From Bacteroidia bacterium (GTDB taxonomy: Bacteria; Bacteroidota; Bacteroidia; NS11-12g; UBA9320), in assembly GCA_020053795.1 (NCBI GenBank), contig JAGVMN010000005.1, forward strand, positions 18,907-82,906: a DNA stretch of 64,000 nt, given 5' to 3'. The notes under the pieces are model-generated. The model was not told the DNA's origin, did not search any database, and worked only from the letters and a program-made list of their open reading frames with translations. The number at the start of each line of letters is the position of its first letter. Positions within the stretch are counted from its first letter, which is position 1. The position numbers were made by a program, and so were the translations under genes. Positions 47,693 through 56,768 of this stretch are shown here, in pieces.

Positions 47693-48354
47693 TTGACCAA
47701 CAAACTTTCTGTGAACTTTCTGGAGACGGTAGCTCTTAAATCATTGCCTACAAGAATATTCATGGAATTGTCGAAGGCAATTTTGTCTTCCACCTTTATC
47801 TCAACACCAATACGTATGGACAACTGTTGAAGGTATTGAAGAAAAACAATGGATGTGTCTTTAACGGCTGCTACCCTGCAGGTTTTTCCAATTTCAATGT
47901 TTGAAAGTAGCGTATTGGCTCTTGTCGGCAATTCACCGTTCGATTTGGGGATGGGATCCCCATGTGGATCGTATTCCGGGAAATTCAGAAACTTATCCAA
48001 TCTGTCGGCCAGTTCATGATGTTTGACATGCTCCAGTTGTTCGGCAATTTCATGCACCACATCCCAGGAGTAGCCGAGCTTTTCCAGAAGAAAAACTTCC
48101 CATAATCTATGGTTTCTGACAATAGACAGTGCCAATTTTCTGCCATTATTTGTTAACTCAACACCTTTGGATTTCTCATAGTTGATAAGTATTTTCTCAT
48201 TCAGTTTCTTAATCATATCTATTACCGAAGCCGCGTTGACATTCATTTCCTCAGCTATAGCCGTCGGGCTGATTTTGGTCTCAGCCTTAAGTGAAATGCG
48301 GTAAATGGCTTTCAGGTAATTTTCTTCTGTAAGTGAATGATTGGACATGGTCAT
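47689..48354 (-). CDS. DtxR/MntR-family metal-dependent transcriptional regulator with a C-terminal FeoA/SH3-like domain
   Basis: TEENYLKAIYRIS...ISPTAIAEEMNVNAASVIDMIKKL HTH. Metal-site region EIAEQLEHVKHHEL...DPHGDPIP. Start taken at the first ATG. Confidence 0.8.
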   Translation of the reverse strand: MTMSNHSLTEENYLKAIYRISLKAETKISPTAIAEEMNVNAASVIDMIKKLNEKILINYEKSKGVELTNNGRKLALSIVRNHRLWEVFLLEKLGYSWDVVHEIAEQLEHVKHHELADRLDKFLNFPEYDPHGDPIPKSNGELPTRANTLLSNIEIGKTCRVAAVKDTSIVFLQYLQQLSIRIGVEIKVEDKIAFDNSMNILVGNDLRATVSRKFTESLLVN

Positions 48355-48384
48355 ACGGTGTTTGAGCAAAAATAGTTTATTGTG

Positions 48385-48401
48385 CTAATTAAAAAAATTA
48401 G
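48385..48401. promoter_or_regulatory. Candidate operator palindrome in the divergent regulator/di-haem operon intergenic region
   Basis: CTAATT-AAAAA-AATTAG, perfect 6-bp arms, 31 nt from the regulator ATG and 71 nt from the 48472 ATG. Confidence 0.3.
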
Positions 48402-48471
48402 ACGACTCTAATATAAAAAATTTTACAAGTGAAATTTAATGTTCATTTTTGCCTCATAATTATTTTTCAAA

Positions 48472-49674
48472 ATGAAATTTAATCAATTACTTATTTATTT
48501 AATCATCGTGTTTTTTGTTGTCATGGTTGCTTCTTGTGACAAATTAATGCCCAAGACTCTTAGTGAGGACCAAATTTTGGATGGCCCTATATCTGAACTT
48601 ACTAATGCTCAGTTGGGTCAGCACCTAAAGGGTGACATCGCATTTAACGATCAGATATTTACGGCCGAGACCGGACTTGGGCCTGTTTTTGTCGCCACCA
48701 GTTGTGGCAGCTGTCATGCGGCAGATGGCAAGGGACATCCCTTTACAACCCTGACACGCTTTGGGCAAACCGATAGCACAGGTAACAAATTTTTGCATTT
48801 GGGTGGACCCCTGTTACAGAACAGGGCTTTGCCGGGTTTTGAACCTGAAAAAATCCCTTCAGGGGCAAGTTATGCGAAATTCACTCCGCCTATAGTCACG
48901 GGTCTTGGATTTCTTGAATTGGTTTCAGATGAGGACCTATTGGCAATGGCAGACCCTAATGACTCAGATGGAGATGGAATTTCAGGGGTAGTGAATTGGA
49001 ATGTTATTCCTTCGTACATCTCTCCACGCCTTGATGCCGTCTCGCAAAACGGAAAATACATTTGTCGCTTTGGCAAAAAGGCAAGTGTTTATGATTTATT
49101 TCAGCAAACGGTCACTGCCTACAATCAGGATATTGGAATTGCTTCTATTTTCAACCCACTTGATGTTTATTCTTTACTAAAAACTGAACCGGAAGTTAAC
49201 GTCAACACGATTAATGAGGTGGTTTTTTATCTTCAGACATTAAAGGCACCCATGCAAAGAAATCAAAACGACGAAGAAATTCAAAGGGGGAGAATTAGAT
49301 TTAATGAGATAGGCTGCACCGGTTGCCATAAACCCGCGTTAAAAACCGGTTCTTCCTATATTCCAGGCCTCTCAAACAGAAAATTTCACCCCTTCACAGA
49401 TTTATTGCTTCACGACATGGGCAGCGGACTCGATGATGGCTATACCGAAGGAAGTGCCAAAACATCTGAATGGCGAACAGCCCCGCTGTGGGGTTTGGGT
49501 CTGGCACCTAATTCACAGGGCGGGCAGTACTTTTTGTTGCACGACGGAAGGGCCAAAACGATCGAAGATGCCATCGCTCTTCATGGTGGCGAGGCAAGTG
49601 GCCGCAGAGCCAAATATTATCAGCTTTCTGAAAGTGACCGGCTGGCATTGCTGAGTTTCTTAAAATCGCTGTAA
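48472..49674 (+). CDS. Di-haem cytochrome c oxidoreductase/peroxidase-like protein (DUF1111/DHOR family)
   Basis: Lipoprotein-like signal (VMVASC). Two CxxCH motifs (CGSCHAADGKG and CTGCHKP). RTAPLWGLG motif. Confidence 0.8.
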   Translation: MKFNQLLIYLIIVFFVVMVASCDKLMPKTLSEDQILDGPISELTNAQLGQHLKGDIAFNDQIFTAETGLGPVFVATSCGSCHAADGKGHPFTTLTRFGQTDSTGNKFLHLGGPLLQNRALPGFEPEKIPSGASYAKFTPPIVTGLGFLELVSDEDLLAMADPNDSDGDGISGVVNWNVIPSYISPRLDAVSQNGKYICRFGKKASVYDLFQQTVTAYNQDIGIASIFNPLDVYSLLKTEPEVNVNTINEVVFYLQTLKAPMQRNQNDEEIQRGRIRFNEIGCTGCHKPALKTGSSYIPGLSNRKFHPFTDLLLHDMGSGLDDGYTEGSAKTSEWRTAPLWGLGLAPNSQGGQYFLLHDGRAKTIEDAIALHGGEASGRRAKYYQLSESDRLALLSFLKSL

Positions 49675-50135
49675 TGGAGAGGGGAGAATTTATTAAAGTT
49701 TGTGCCTTTTCCTGTTTGGGTGGATCAGCACTAATATCAATGCTCGAGGGTTGCGGAGGCTCGAACTACTTCGCTCAGTTCTCTTTGACAAACAATCAGA
49801 TCATTTTGAGAAAATCGGAATTCCAAAAAGTTGAAAAGTCTAATTCAAAAGCGGAACCCGCACGGAATGTTCAAAGAAAATATGTTTTGTTAAACGCCGA
49901 GTCACTCAAATTCCCGATTTCTGTCTATATGTTGTCAGAAGATAAATATTCGGCTCTTTGGCTGCAATGCACCCACAAAGGCTGTGAAGTTAAACCCAAC
50001 GATCAGTATTTAGTCTGTCCTTGTCATGGGAGTGAGTTTACAAGAGCCGGAGATGTTCAGCTGGGACCTGCAGCCTTACCCCTGAAAACCTTTGTTACAA
50101 AAACGGATCATGAAAATATCTACATTCAACTTTAA
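49674..50135 (+). CDS. Rieske [2Fe-2S] domain protein
   Basis: CTHKGCEV ... CPCHGSEF cluster ligands. TAATG overlap with the upstream gene. Confidence 0.8.
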   Translation: MERGEFIKVCAFSCLGGSALISMLEGCGGSNYFAQFSLTNNQIILRKSEFQKVEKSNSKAEPARNVQRKYVLLNAESLKFPISVYMLSEDKYSALWLQCTHKGCEVKPNDQYLVCPCHGSEFTRAGDVQLGPAALPLKTFVTKTDHENIYIQL

Positions 50136-51357
50136 AAAATGCTGCGTTCTTTTGATATTGACAGCAATTTCAATGACTGTCAAGGCCCAAAACGATTCGT
50201 TTCTTATTAAAAGAATTAACCCTGATTCATCAAAGGTTTCTATGAACATGGACGCTGTTTATAACCGTCCGTTTCTTACGGCGGGTAATATGCCTATCGC
50301 AATGGGCGGATATCTGGAAGCAAACACACAATATGCTTCTACTGACGGAATCACGGAAGGCTTTTCGTTTCAAATGCAAAGGTTGACTATTTTTCTTTCT
50401 TCAACCATTGGGAAAAAAATAAAGTTTCTTTCAGAACTGGAGTTTGAAGACGGCACGAGAGAAATAAATCTGGAATTTGCGGCAATGGACATAGAGTTTC
50501 ACCCTTTGGTCAATTTGCGGGGAGGTATTATGATGAACCCCATCGGAGCCTTCAACCAGAATCACGATGGTCCGAGATGGGAGTTTATTGACCGGCCCGT
50601 TTCTGCAACCACTATTATTCCTTCTACTCTTTCAAATGCCGGATTTGGCCTTTATGGAAAACATTTCCAAGGTCAATGGACTATTGGATATGAAGCCTAT
50701 CTGACCAATGGTTTTAATGACAAAATAATTTCAAATGATGAGAACAGGACTTCGTTGGCTGCGGGTAAAAAAGATGCGAATAGATTTGAAAAAAGCAACA
50801 GTGGTTTGCCTATGTTTACCGGAAAACTGGCTTTAAGAAACAGAAAAATCGGGGAGTTGGGATTGTCCTATATGACCGGGGTTTACAATCTTTGGCAATC
50901 CGTTGGAATCATTCTCGACAATAAAAGAAGTCTGCATGTAATGGCTCTTGATTTCAATACTTCGATGATGAAAAACAATTTGAATATTCTTGGAGAGTTG
51001 GTCAAAGTATTAGTCGAAGTACCCAAAACATATTCTCAGCAGTTTGGGTCAGAACAAATGGGTGGTCATCTCGACATAGTAGGAACAATCCTTAAGAAAC
51101 CAATGCTGGGTTGGGAAAAGGCGAAATTGAATCTGGTTATCAGGATAGACTATGCCGATTACAATCAGGGAAAATTCAGGGAAACCGGTGGAAATATTGG
51201 AGATCATGTTTGGGCCATCGTCCCGGGCATATCTTTCCGACCACTGGCTACAACCGTTCTCCGATTCAACTTTCGATTCGAACAGCAGACGGATCTTTTG
51301 GGCAATCCTCCTGCAAAAACAGGAGTGCTACAGTTTGGTTTTTCCTCTTATTTCTAA
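50110..51357 (+). CDS. Outer-membrane porin-like beta-barrel protein (putative)
   Basis: The ATG at 50110 gives the signal MKISTFNFKKCCVLLILTAISMTVKAQ. Beta-strand-rich, with the C-terminal GVLQFGFSSYF typical of OM barrels. Confidence 0.5.
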   Translation: MKISTFNFKKCCVLLILTAISMTVKAQNDSFLIKRINPDSSKVSMNMDAVYNRPFLTAGNMPIAMGGYLEANTQYASTDGITEGFSFQMQRLTIFLSSTIGKKIKFLSELEFEDGTREINLEFAAMDIEFHPLVNLRGGIMMNPIGAFNQNHDGPRWEFIDRPVSATTIIPSTLSNAGFGLYGKHFQGQWTIGYEAYLTNGFNDKIISNDENRTSLAAGKKDANRFEKSNSGLPMFTGKLALRNRKIGELGLSYMTGVYNLWQSVGIILDNKRSLHVMALDFNTSMMKNNLNILGELVKVLVEVPKTYSQQFGSEQMGGHLDIVGTILKKPMLGWEKAKLNLVIRIDYADYNQGKFRETGGNIGDHVWAIVPGISFRPLATTVLRFNFRFEQQTDLLGNPPAKTGVLQFGFSSYF

Positions 51358-51533
51358 AACATTATCCCAAAAACATGAATCTGAACATAGATACGCTATG
51401 GTTTGAAATTGCTGTTGTAAATGGAATGAACCAGTTCCAAGAGACAAGTGTGATCAGATAAAAGGGTTGAAAAAAACTTCATTTAAAACAAACACAGGGT
51501 ATGATATTTAAACTTACCATTCAGCTTTAATAG

Positions 51534-52136
51534 TTACTCCTTAATAGCCTCAAATCTTCTCCCCACCTCAACCCAATTCACCACATTCCAAAAGGCAGCC
51601 AGATAATCCGGTCTTCTGTTTTGATAGTGCAGATAATAGGCGTGTTCCCATACATCAACTCCCAGGATAGGGGTTCCGGCACATCCTTCACCCATCAACG
51701 GGTTGTCCTGATTGGCCGTTGAACAAATGCAAAGTTTTCCTTCACTCACACATAGCCATGCCCAACCAGAACCAAATCTTGTAATTCCGGCTTTCGTAAA
51801 GTCATCTGTGAATTTTTCAAATCCACCTAAATCATGGTTAATGGCATCTGCCAATATTCCGCCAGGAACCCCGCCTCCATCAGGACTCATAATCGACCAA
51901 AACAAGGAGTGATTATAATGTCCGCCACCATTATTCCTTATGGCAGGAACGCCTTTGGCTATTTTCATGAGTTCCTCGAGGCTCTTGTCCTCGTATTCCG
52001 TTCCGGCAATTGCCGCATTCAGGTTGTTGATATATGCCTGATGGTGTTTGCCATGGTGTATTTGCATGGTGAGGGTGTCAATGTAAGGTTCCAAAGCATT
52101 ATGTGCATAAGGAAGTTCTGGTAATTCGAAAGCCAT
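51534..52136 (-). CDS. sodA: Superoxide dismutase, Mn-type signature
   Basis: [25 protein letters not shown] and DVWEHAYYL motifs. Confidence 0.9.
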   Translation of the reverse strand: MAFELPELPYAHNALEPYIDTLTMQIHHGKHHQAYINNLNAAIAGTEYEDKSLEELMKIAKGVPAIRNNGGGHYNHSLFWSIMSPDGGGVPGGILADAINHDLGGFEKFTDDFTKAGITRFGSGWAWLCVSEGKLCICSTANQDNPLMGEGCAGTPILGVDVWEHAYYLHYQNRRPDYLAAFWNVVNWVEVGRRFEAIKE

Positions 52137-52244
52137 AATTTTTAGTTTTTAGTGAGTCGTTAATGCGTTGCAACAAATTTAATTTTTCAAGTTGCAAATA
52201 ATAATACCGCCGAGACGTAAAATTGTTTTTTTAAAACACAGATT

Positions 52245-52826
52245 ATGAATATTGACGAAATAATTGCCCATCGCCGGTCATATTACCCCGCACAATACAC
52301 CGGAGAAAAAATCTCCAGGTCAACAGTAGAGCGGTTACTGAAAAACGCCAACTGGGCACCCAATCATTTGCATACCGAGCCTTGGAGGTTCAAGGTTTTT
52401 GAAGGAGAATCATTGAAAGCACTTATGGCTTTTATGGCCGGTCTTTATAAAAAAGGAAGCACACCGGAAAATTTCTCTCAGGCCAAATTCGATAAGTTTG
52501 CCATAAATGCTGAAAAAGTTTCGCATGTCGTTGCCATTTGCATGCAACGGAGCGACAAGCCGGGCTTGCCCGAATCAGAGGAAATTGCCGCAGTGGCTTG
52601 TGCGGTGCAAAACATCTGGTTGACGCTTACTATGGTGCCGCATACTGGGGGATATTGGAGTACAGGGAATTTGGTTTACAAGGCTGAGATGGCTGAATTT
52701 CTGAGACTTGAAATTGATGAAAGGTGTTTGGGTTTGTTTTACATTGGGATGGTGAACCCCGAAAGTCAGGCACCAATGGGCATTAGAAAACCCTGGGAGG
52801 AAAAGGTGGAATGGATGGGAGGTTAA
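52245..52826 (+). CDS. Nitroreductase family protein
   Basis: 193 aa; IIAHRRSYYP...APNHLHTEPWRFKVF, typical of the nitroreductase fold. Confidence 0.8.
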   Translation: MNIDEIIAHRRSYYPAQYTGEKISRSTVERLLKNANWAPNHLHTEPWRFKVFEGESLKALMAFMAGLYKKGSTPENFSQAKFDKFAINAEKVSHVVAICMQRSDKPGLPESEEIAAVACAVQNIWLTLTMVPHTGGYWSTGNLVYKAEMAEFLRLEIDERCLGLFYIGMVNPESQAPMGIRKPWEEKVEWMGG

Positions 52827-52984
52827 GCTGTAGCTCTATATCATTTATTGTTTTATACGGGTTTTTGAGATAAATCAGGCAAGAAAAAGTCATCAATTCT
52901 TAGTAAGTCTTAATTCAATTGATCATTGATGAAAGTTGTTAAAGGAATCTTAAAGACTTGATAATGCCACTTGAATCAGACTTA

Positions 52985-53206
52985 TTATAACTCATCCTCA
53001 TTAAAGAAATAATCATCGGTGGTGGGGTAGTCCGACCAAACTTCGTCAATGGATTCAAAGGGTTCACCATCGTCCTCCAACTCCTGTAAGTTTTCAACTA
53101 CTTCGAGGGGAGCACCACTCCTGATAGCGTAGTCAATCAACTCATCTTTTGTTGCAGGCCATGGAGCATCGTCCAGGTATGAAGCCAATTCTAAAGTCCA
53201 ATACAT
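52985..53206 (-). CDS. DUF2795-like small acidic protein
   Basis: 73 aa; WPATKDELIDYAIRSGAPLEVVENLQELE pattern. Family named from memory. Confidence 0.6.
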   Translation of the reverse strand: MYWTLELASYLDDAPWPATKDELIDYAIRSGAPLEVVENLQELEDDGEPFESIDEVWSDYPTTDDYFFNEDEL

Positions 53207-53347
53207 ATTCTAAATGGTTTAAGTGCTGCTTAATTTTCCGCGAAATTATTTTTTTCAATCAAATTTCCTACATCATTTTTCTTAAAAGGCTCAACGGATT
53301 GTTGAAAGCAGTCATTACCCGATCACATAGATTTGATTTTCACCCAT

Positions 53348-54091
53348 TTAAAATTTAAAACCTCTTTGGCGGGCTGTTTCATAAAGTAAAATTCCTGTGG
53401 CCACAGAAACGTTCAATGAGTCAATAGCTCCGCTGATGGGTATTTTTACAGTAGCATTCGCTAGTTGCATGATGGGTTTTGAAACACCGGATTCCTCTCC
53501 ACCCAACACAAAAGCCAAAGGACCATCGAGTTCTTCATCAGAAATGGAGACGGTGGCCTTTTCAGTTCCGGCAATAATTTTCAACCCGCATTCCTTGATG
53601 TACATAACACATTCGGCTAATTGTGTAACTCTTGAGACTGGCAGCTGAAACAAAGCTCCGGCGGATGTTTTGATCGCATCTTCGTTGATGATTGCAGAAC
53701 CTCTTGTTGGAATGATTAACAAATGAACACCAAGACAAACCGCATTTCTGGCAATGGCACCAAAATTCCGCACGTCAGTCACACCATCCAGAATCAATAT
53801 CAAAGGATTCTCCCCCGACTCGAAAAGACGGGTGATCATTTCTTTATAGTCAACGTAAATGATGGGCGATGAAATAGCAATGGCCCCCTGATGGTTTTTG
53901 TTCGCAAACTTATTCAAGGCCGATGATGGCACATATTGAACGGGAACAGAAGCTGTAATAGCCGCTTGTCTCAACTCCGATATCAAGGAGCCGCTTGTCG
54001 TCTTGTCTATCCATATTTTTTCGATATCCTGCCCGCTGCTGATGGCTTCTATGATCGCTCTGATACCATAGATATAAGGTTTTTTGGCCAT
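53348..54091 (-). CDS. rlmB: 23S rRNA (guanosine-2'-O)-methyltransferase, RlmB/TrmH family
   Basis: 247 aa. SpoU motifs LDGVTDVRNFGAIARNA, FVLGGEESGVS and IPISGAIDSLNVSVATGILLYE. Confidence 0.85.
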   Translation of the reverse strand: MAKKPYIYGIRAIIEAISSGQDIEKIWIDKTTSGSLISELRQAAITASVPVQYVPSSALNKFANKNHQGAIAISSPIIYVDYKEMITRLFESGENPLILILDGVTDVRNFGAIARNAVCLGVHLLIIPTRGSAIINEDAIKTSAGALFQLPVSRVTQLAECVMYIKECGLKIIAGTEKATVSISDEELDGPLAFVLGGEESGVSKPIMQLANATVKIPISGAIDSLNVSVATGILLYETARQRGFKF

Positions 54092-54144
54092 TGATTAAAT
54101 CTAAAGTTGGGGACAAAGGTAGTTTTGATAATTGAAAATAGGCG

Positions 54145-54233
54145 TAAGGCCTAAGTCAAAAGGCCTAAGTCTATTGATGATAGGGTTTATACTGAAATAT
54201 CGCGACTATGTACTTATGCCTTATGCCTTATGC
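54145..54233. repeat. Short direct/tandem repeats in the rlmB upstream region
   Basis: aaggcctaagtc occurs twice (54145-54156, 54159-54170). The heptamer cttatgc occurs three times in tandem (54213-54233). Confidence 0.6.
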
Positions 54234-54244
54234 CTCCTCGACTT

Positions 54245-55352
54245 CTACTTAAGAACGGTAACCGTTCCCCGCTGACTACTCTGAATATTCTGCTGATATT
54301 TTTTCGTGCTGAATTCCAGCGTCCAGATATAGACATTGTTGGCGGCAGCACTGAGATCGATCTTTTCTCCCGGTATTTTCGATTCGAACGCCAAACCGCC
54401 CCAGAGATCGTAAACTACAAACCGGTAATTGGTCAATTCCATGTTGCAATACATTACAGGGCCAAAGAGTTCATTGAGTTCATCATTGTTCACTGTCACG
54501 GCATTGGGAACATATCCGTTACAATAACATTCAGCGATAACCACATCAAAGATTCCGACATCAGAACCGCAACTGTTAGTGACATATACCGCATATATTC
54601 CTGATTCTTTTGGTGTGATCTCTCGAAGGTTGTCACCGGTATTCCAAAGATAAAAAGACTGAGGTGTAGCAGCACTTATTTTCAACAGTTCTTCAGTACA
54701 GGCATTGATAGTGGTCGAATCTTCCATTGGTGTGTTTAAAAAAAGAATGGTTATGGTGTCTTTTAAATCCGGACAATCAGGAATGGACATGGTTACTGTA
54801 TAGGAACCGCTTTGTTTGATGCTGATGGTTGGATTGGTGGAACCGTTGTTCCATAAAAAACTAACATTGGGAAATGTTTGACCCAACTCTATACTTTGCA
54901 AAGCATCACAAAAGAAGGTATCTCTGCCCAAATCCAAAGGTGGAACATTCCTGCTAATGGCGTTTAATTTTTTTTGAGCAGGGCAACCGTTCTTGATAAC
55001 AGACAGGGTATAAAGTCCGGGAATCGTGACCCATCGTTTTGGTTTCTATAAAAATGATAAGCAGAACTACTGTTATTTTTTAACAAAAATGTAACATTAG
55101 CCGTTAGAAATTCAATTTGATATGTATGACTATCAACACCTTGGGAAACGAAGGTATAGATATATCTCCACCTAATGAGGAAAAATCCCATACAACATTA
55201 TTGCCAGGGGGAACTGGGTTGGGAACAACATTTTCAGTACTGACCCGATAAGTATCTGAATAAATTCCCCAGTTTATGAATTGAATATCAGGCTGAGCCA
55301 CAAGACTTATTGAAAAACCAGTTAAGACCCATGTTAAAATGGAATTTTTCAT
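54245..55352 (-). pseudogene. Surface protein with a type-B T9SS C-terminal domain, split by two frameshifts
   Basis: Three consecutive ORFs in three frames: signal peptide MKNSILTWVLTGFSISLVAQ from 55352, a middle ORF to 54964, then a CTD ORF ending YVPNAVTVNNDELNELF...VVYDLWGG. Shifts map near 55163-55172 (gatatatctata run) and 55029-55031 (ccc/ggg run). Confidence 0.75.
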
Positions 55353-55558
55353 TGTTGCCTTTCTTTTATATTTTGTCCTTTCAAAATTACTAAAAATCAT
55401 GACACATGATAAGGTTTTAAAAAGCGAAAAAGGAAGACTCAAAATCAAGACCCCCTTTTTGATATCATCCGTGACTAATAATTTGACATAAATATGACAA
55501 GTGGATTGATGAATTATTCGAAAAACAAATTTATCCTCGCATAAGAAATAACAACATT

Positions 55559-56200
55559 ATGAAAAAATTTATCTTATTGACTTGCCTGTTATCATTTGCT
55601 GCCTTTTCAAGTTATTCTCAAACAACTCTTGACAGTGCGAATGCCATTGCCGGGGCACTTGAACTAGCTTATCTTGATGTAAATAGTCTAAGTGAGCAAA
55701 GCTATTGTTTGTTGGTGAATATTGTAAATGACACGGTTATGACTGACGAGGAAAAACTTGAAGCTATTAGTGAAGAACCGTCGCTGGACTATTTTTGGTC
55801 CGTTTTGGAAATTCAAATTGGTACCCTTTTGGATTATGATGCTTATAACTTCACGCAAGATGGATTGAAATTTACAATGGTAGCCGATAAATTCAAAGAT
55901 GATTTGGGTGAACCTGATGGAGACCCTCTAGTACCCATGAATTGTAATGGTTGGGTTAACGGTTGGAATGGTTGTACTGATACGTACATTTTAAATGCAC
56001 TTGCTAGTGTAGTTATGTGTGTTGGGAATCCAGGTTGTATAGCTGCAGCTTACTTATTAATTACTAATTCTTATGTTAGTTGTATTAATGCTAATGATGC
56101 TGCATATCCAGGTTGCAGACAACAGGTGGGGGGTATGATGCCACCAAATCCATGGTTAGGCAATCCGGATCAATATATTGGTGAGGAGTGTGATTATTAG
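55559..56200 (+). CDS. Secreted protein with an acidic helical N-domain and a Cys-rich hydrophobic C-domain (unassigned)
   Basis: Signal MKKFILLTCLLSFAAFSSYSQ. C-terminal 90 aa NCNGWVNGWNGCTDTYILNALASVVMCVGNPGCIAAAYLLITNSYVSCINANDAAYPGC...EECDY (8 Cys). AT-rich. Confidence 0.6.
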   Translation: MKKFILLTCLLSFAAFSSYSQTTLDSANAIAGALELAYLDVNSLSEQSYCLLVNIVNDTVMTDEEKLEAISEEPSLDYFWSVLEIQIGTLLDYDAYNFTQDGLKFTMVADKFKDDLGEPDGDPLVPMNCNGWVNGWNGCTDTYILNALASVVMCVGNPGCIAAAYLLITNSYVSCINANDAAYPGCRQQVGGMMPPNPWLGNPDQYIGEECDY

Positions 56201-56236
56201 TTATATATCAATTAAGTCTTATATTAATTCAGAAGA

Positions 56237-56527
56237 ATGAATAGTTATAAGAATACAAAATATTTTTTGAGAATTCTTACTATACTAATTCCAGTAAGCG
56301 GTGTTTTTTTGGTTCTGAAATTCAAGGATTGGTATTCAAATGTGTGGATTCTGGTTGTACATTGTGGTTTGGCGTTATCTGTACTGCTTTATAAGCTTAT
56401 TAATGCTAAAATATTCTATTCAGACTCGGACACATTGATCATAAAAAAAACTGAATTCAAGATGCTGCTTTTATATTATATAATTTTTTTATTGTTTATA
56501 ATTGTGGTATCTATAAATCGGATTTAG
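56237..56527 (+). CDS. Small three-TM membrane protein (immunity-like, hypothetical)
   Basis: 96 aa with hydrophobic helices at about 12-32, 38-58 and 75-93. Starts 36 nt after the preceding gene. Confidence 0.5.
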   Translation: MNSYKNTKYFLRILTILIPVSGVFLVLKFKDWYSNVWILVVHCGLALSVLLYKLINAKIFYSDSDTLIIKKTEFKMLLLYYIIFLLFIIVVSINRI

Positions 56528-56768
56528 ACAATAGAACGTTACTCTTTGGGATATGCCATTCTTAAGCCATTTGAATCTGAATTTGATTTGTAAATAAAGG
56601 ACAAAGCAAGGCATAGACAGGTGACAACACCTGAGATGGCTTCAAACCGAAATGAACAGATTTGCTTGGTAATATGTAACGATAAAACAGATTATCAAAT
56701 TTCGAATATTGGACGAATCCGAAGTGTCAAATTACCCCATTGATCCTGTTAAATTTGCAGCCGCATTC

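Noticed and set aside
56645-56660. 12-mer cgaaatgaacag shared with the hairpin-repeat region (63550-63561)
   Set aside because: Tens of exact 12-13-mer coincidences are expected by chance in 64 kb, and the flanks do not match.
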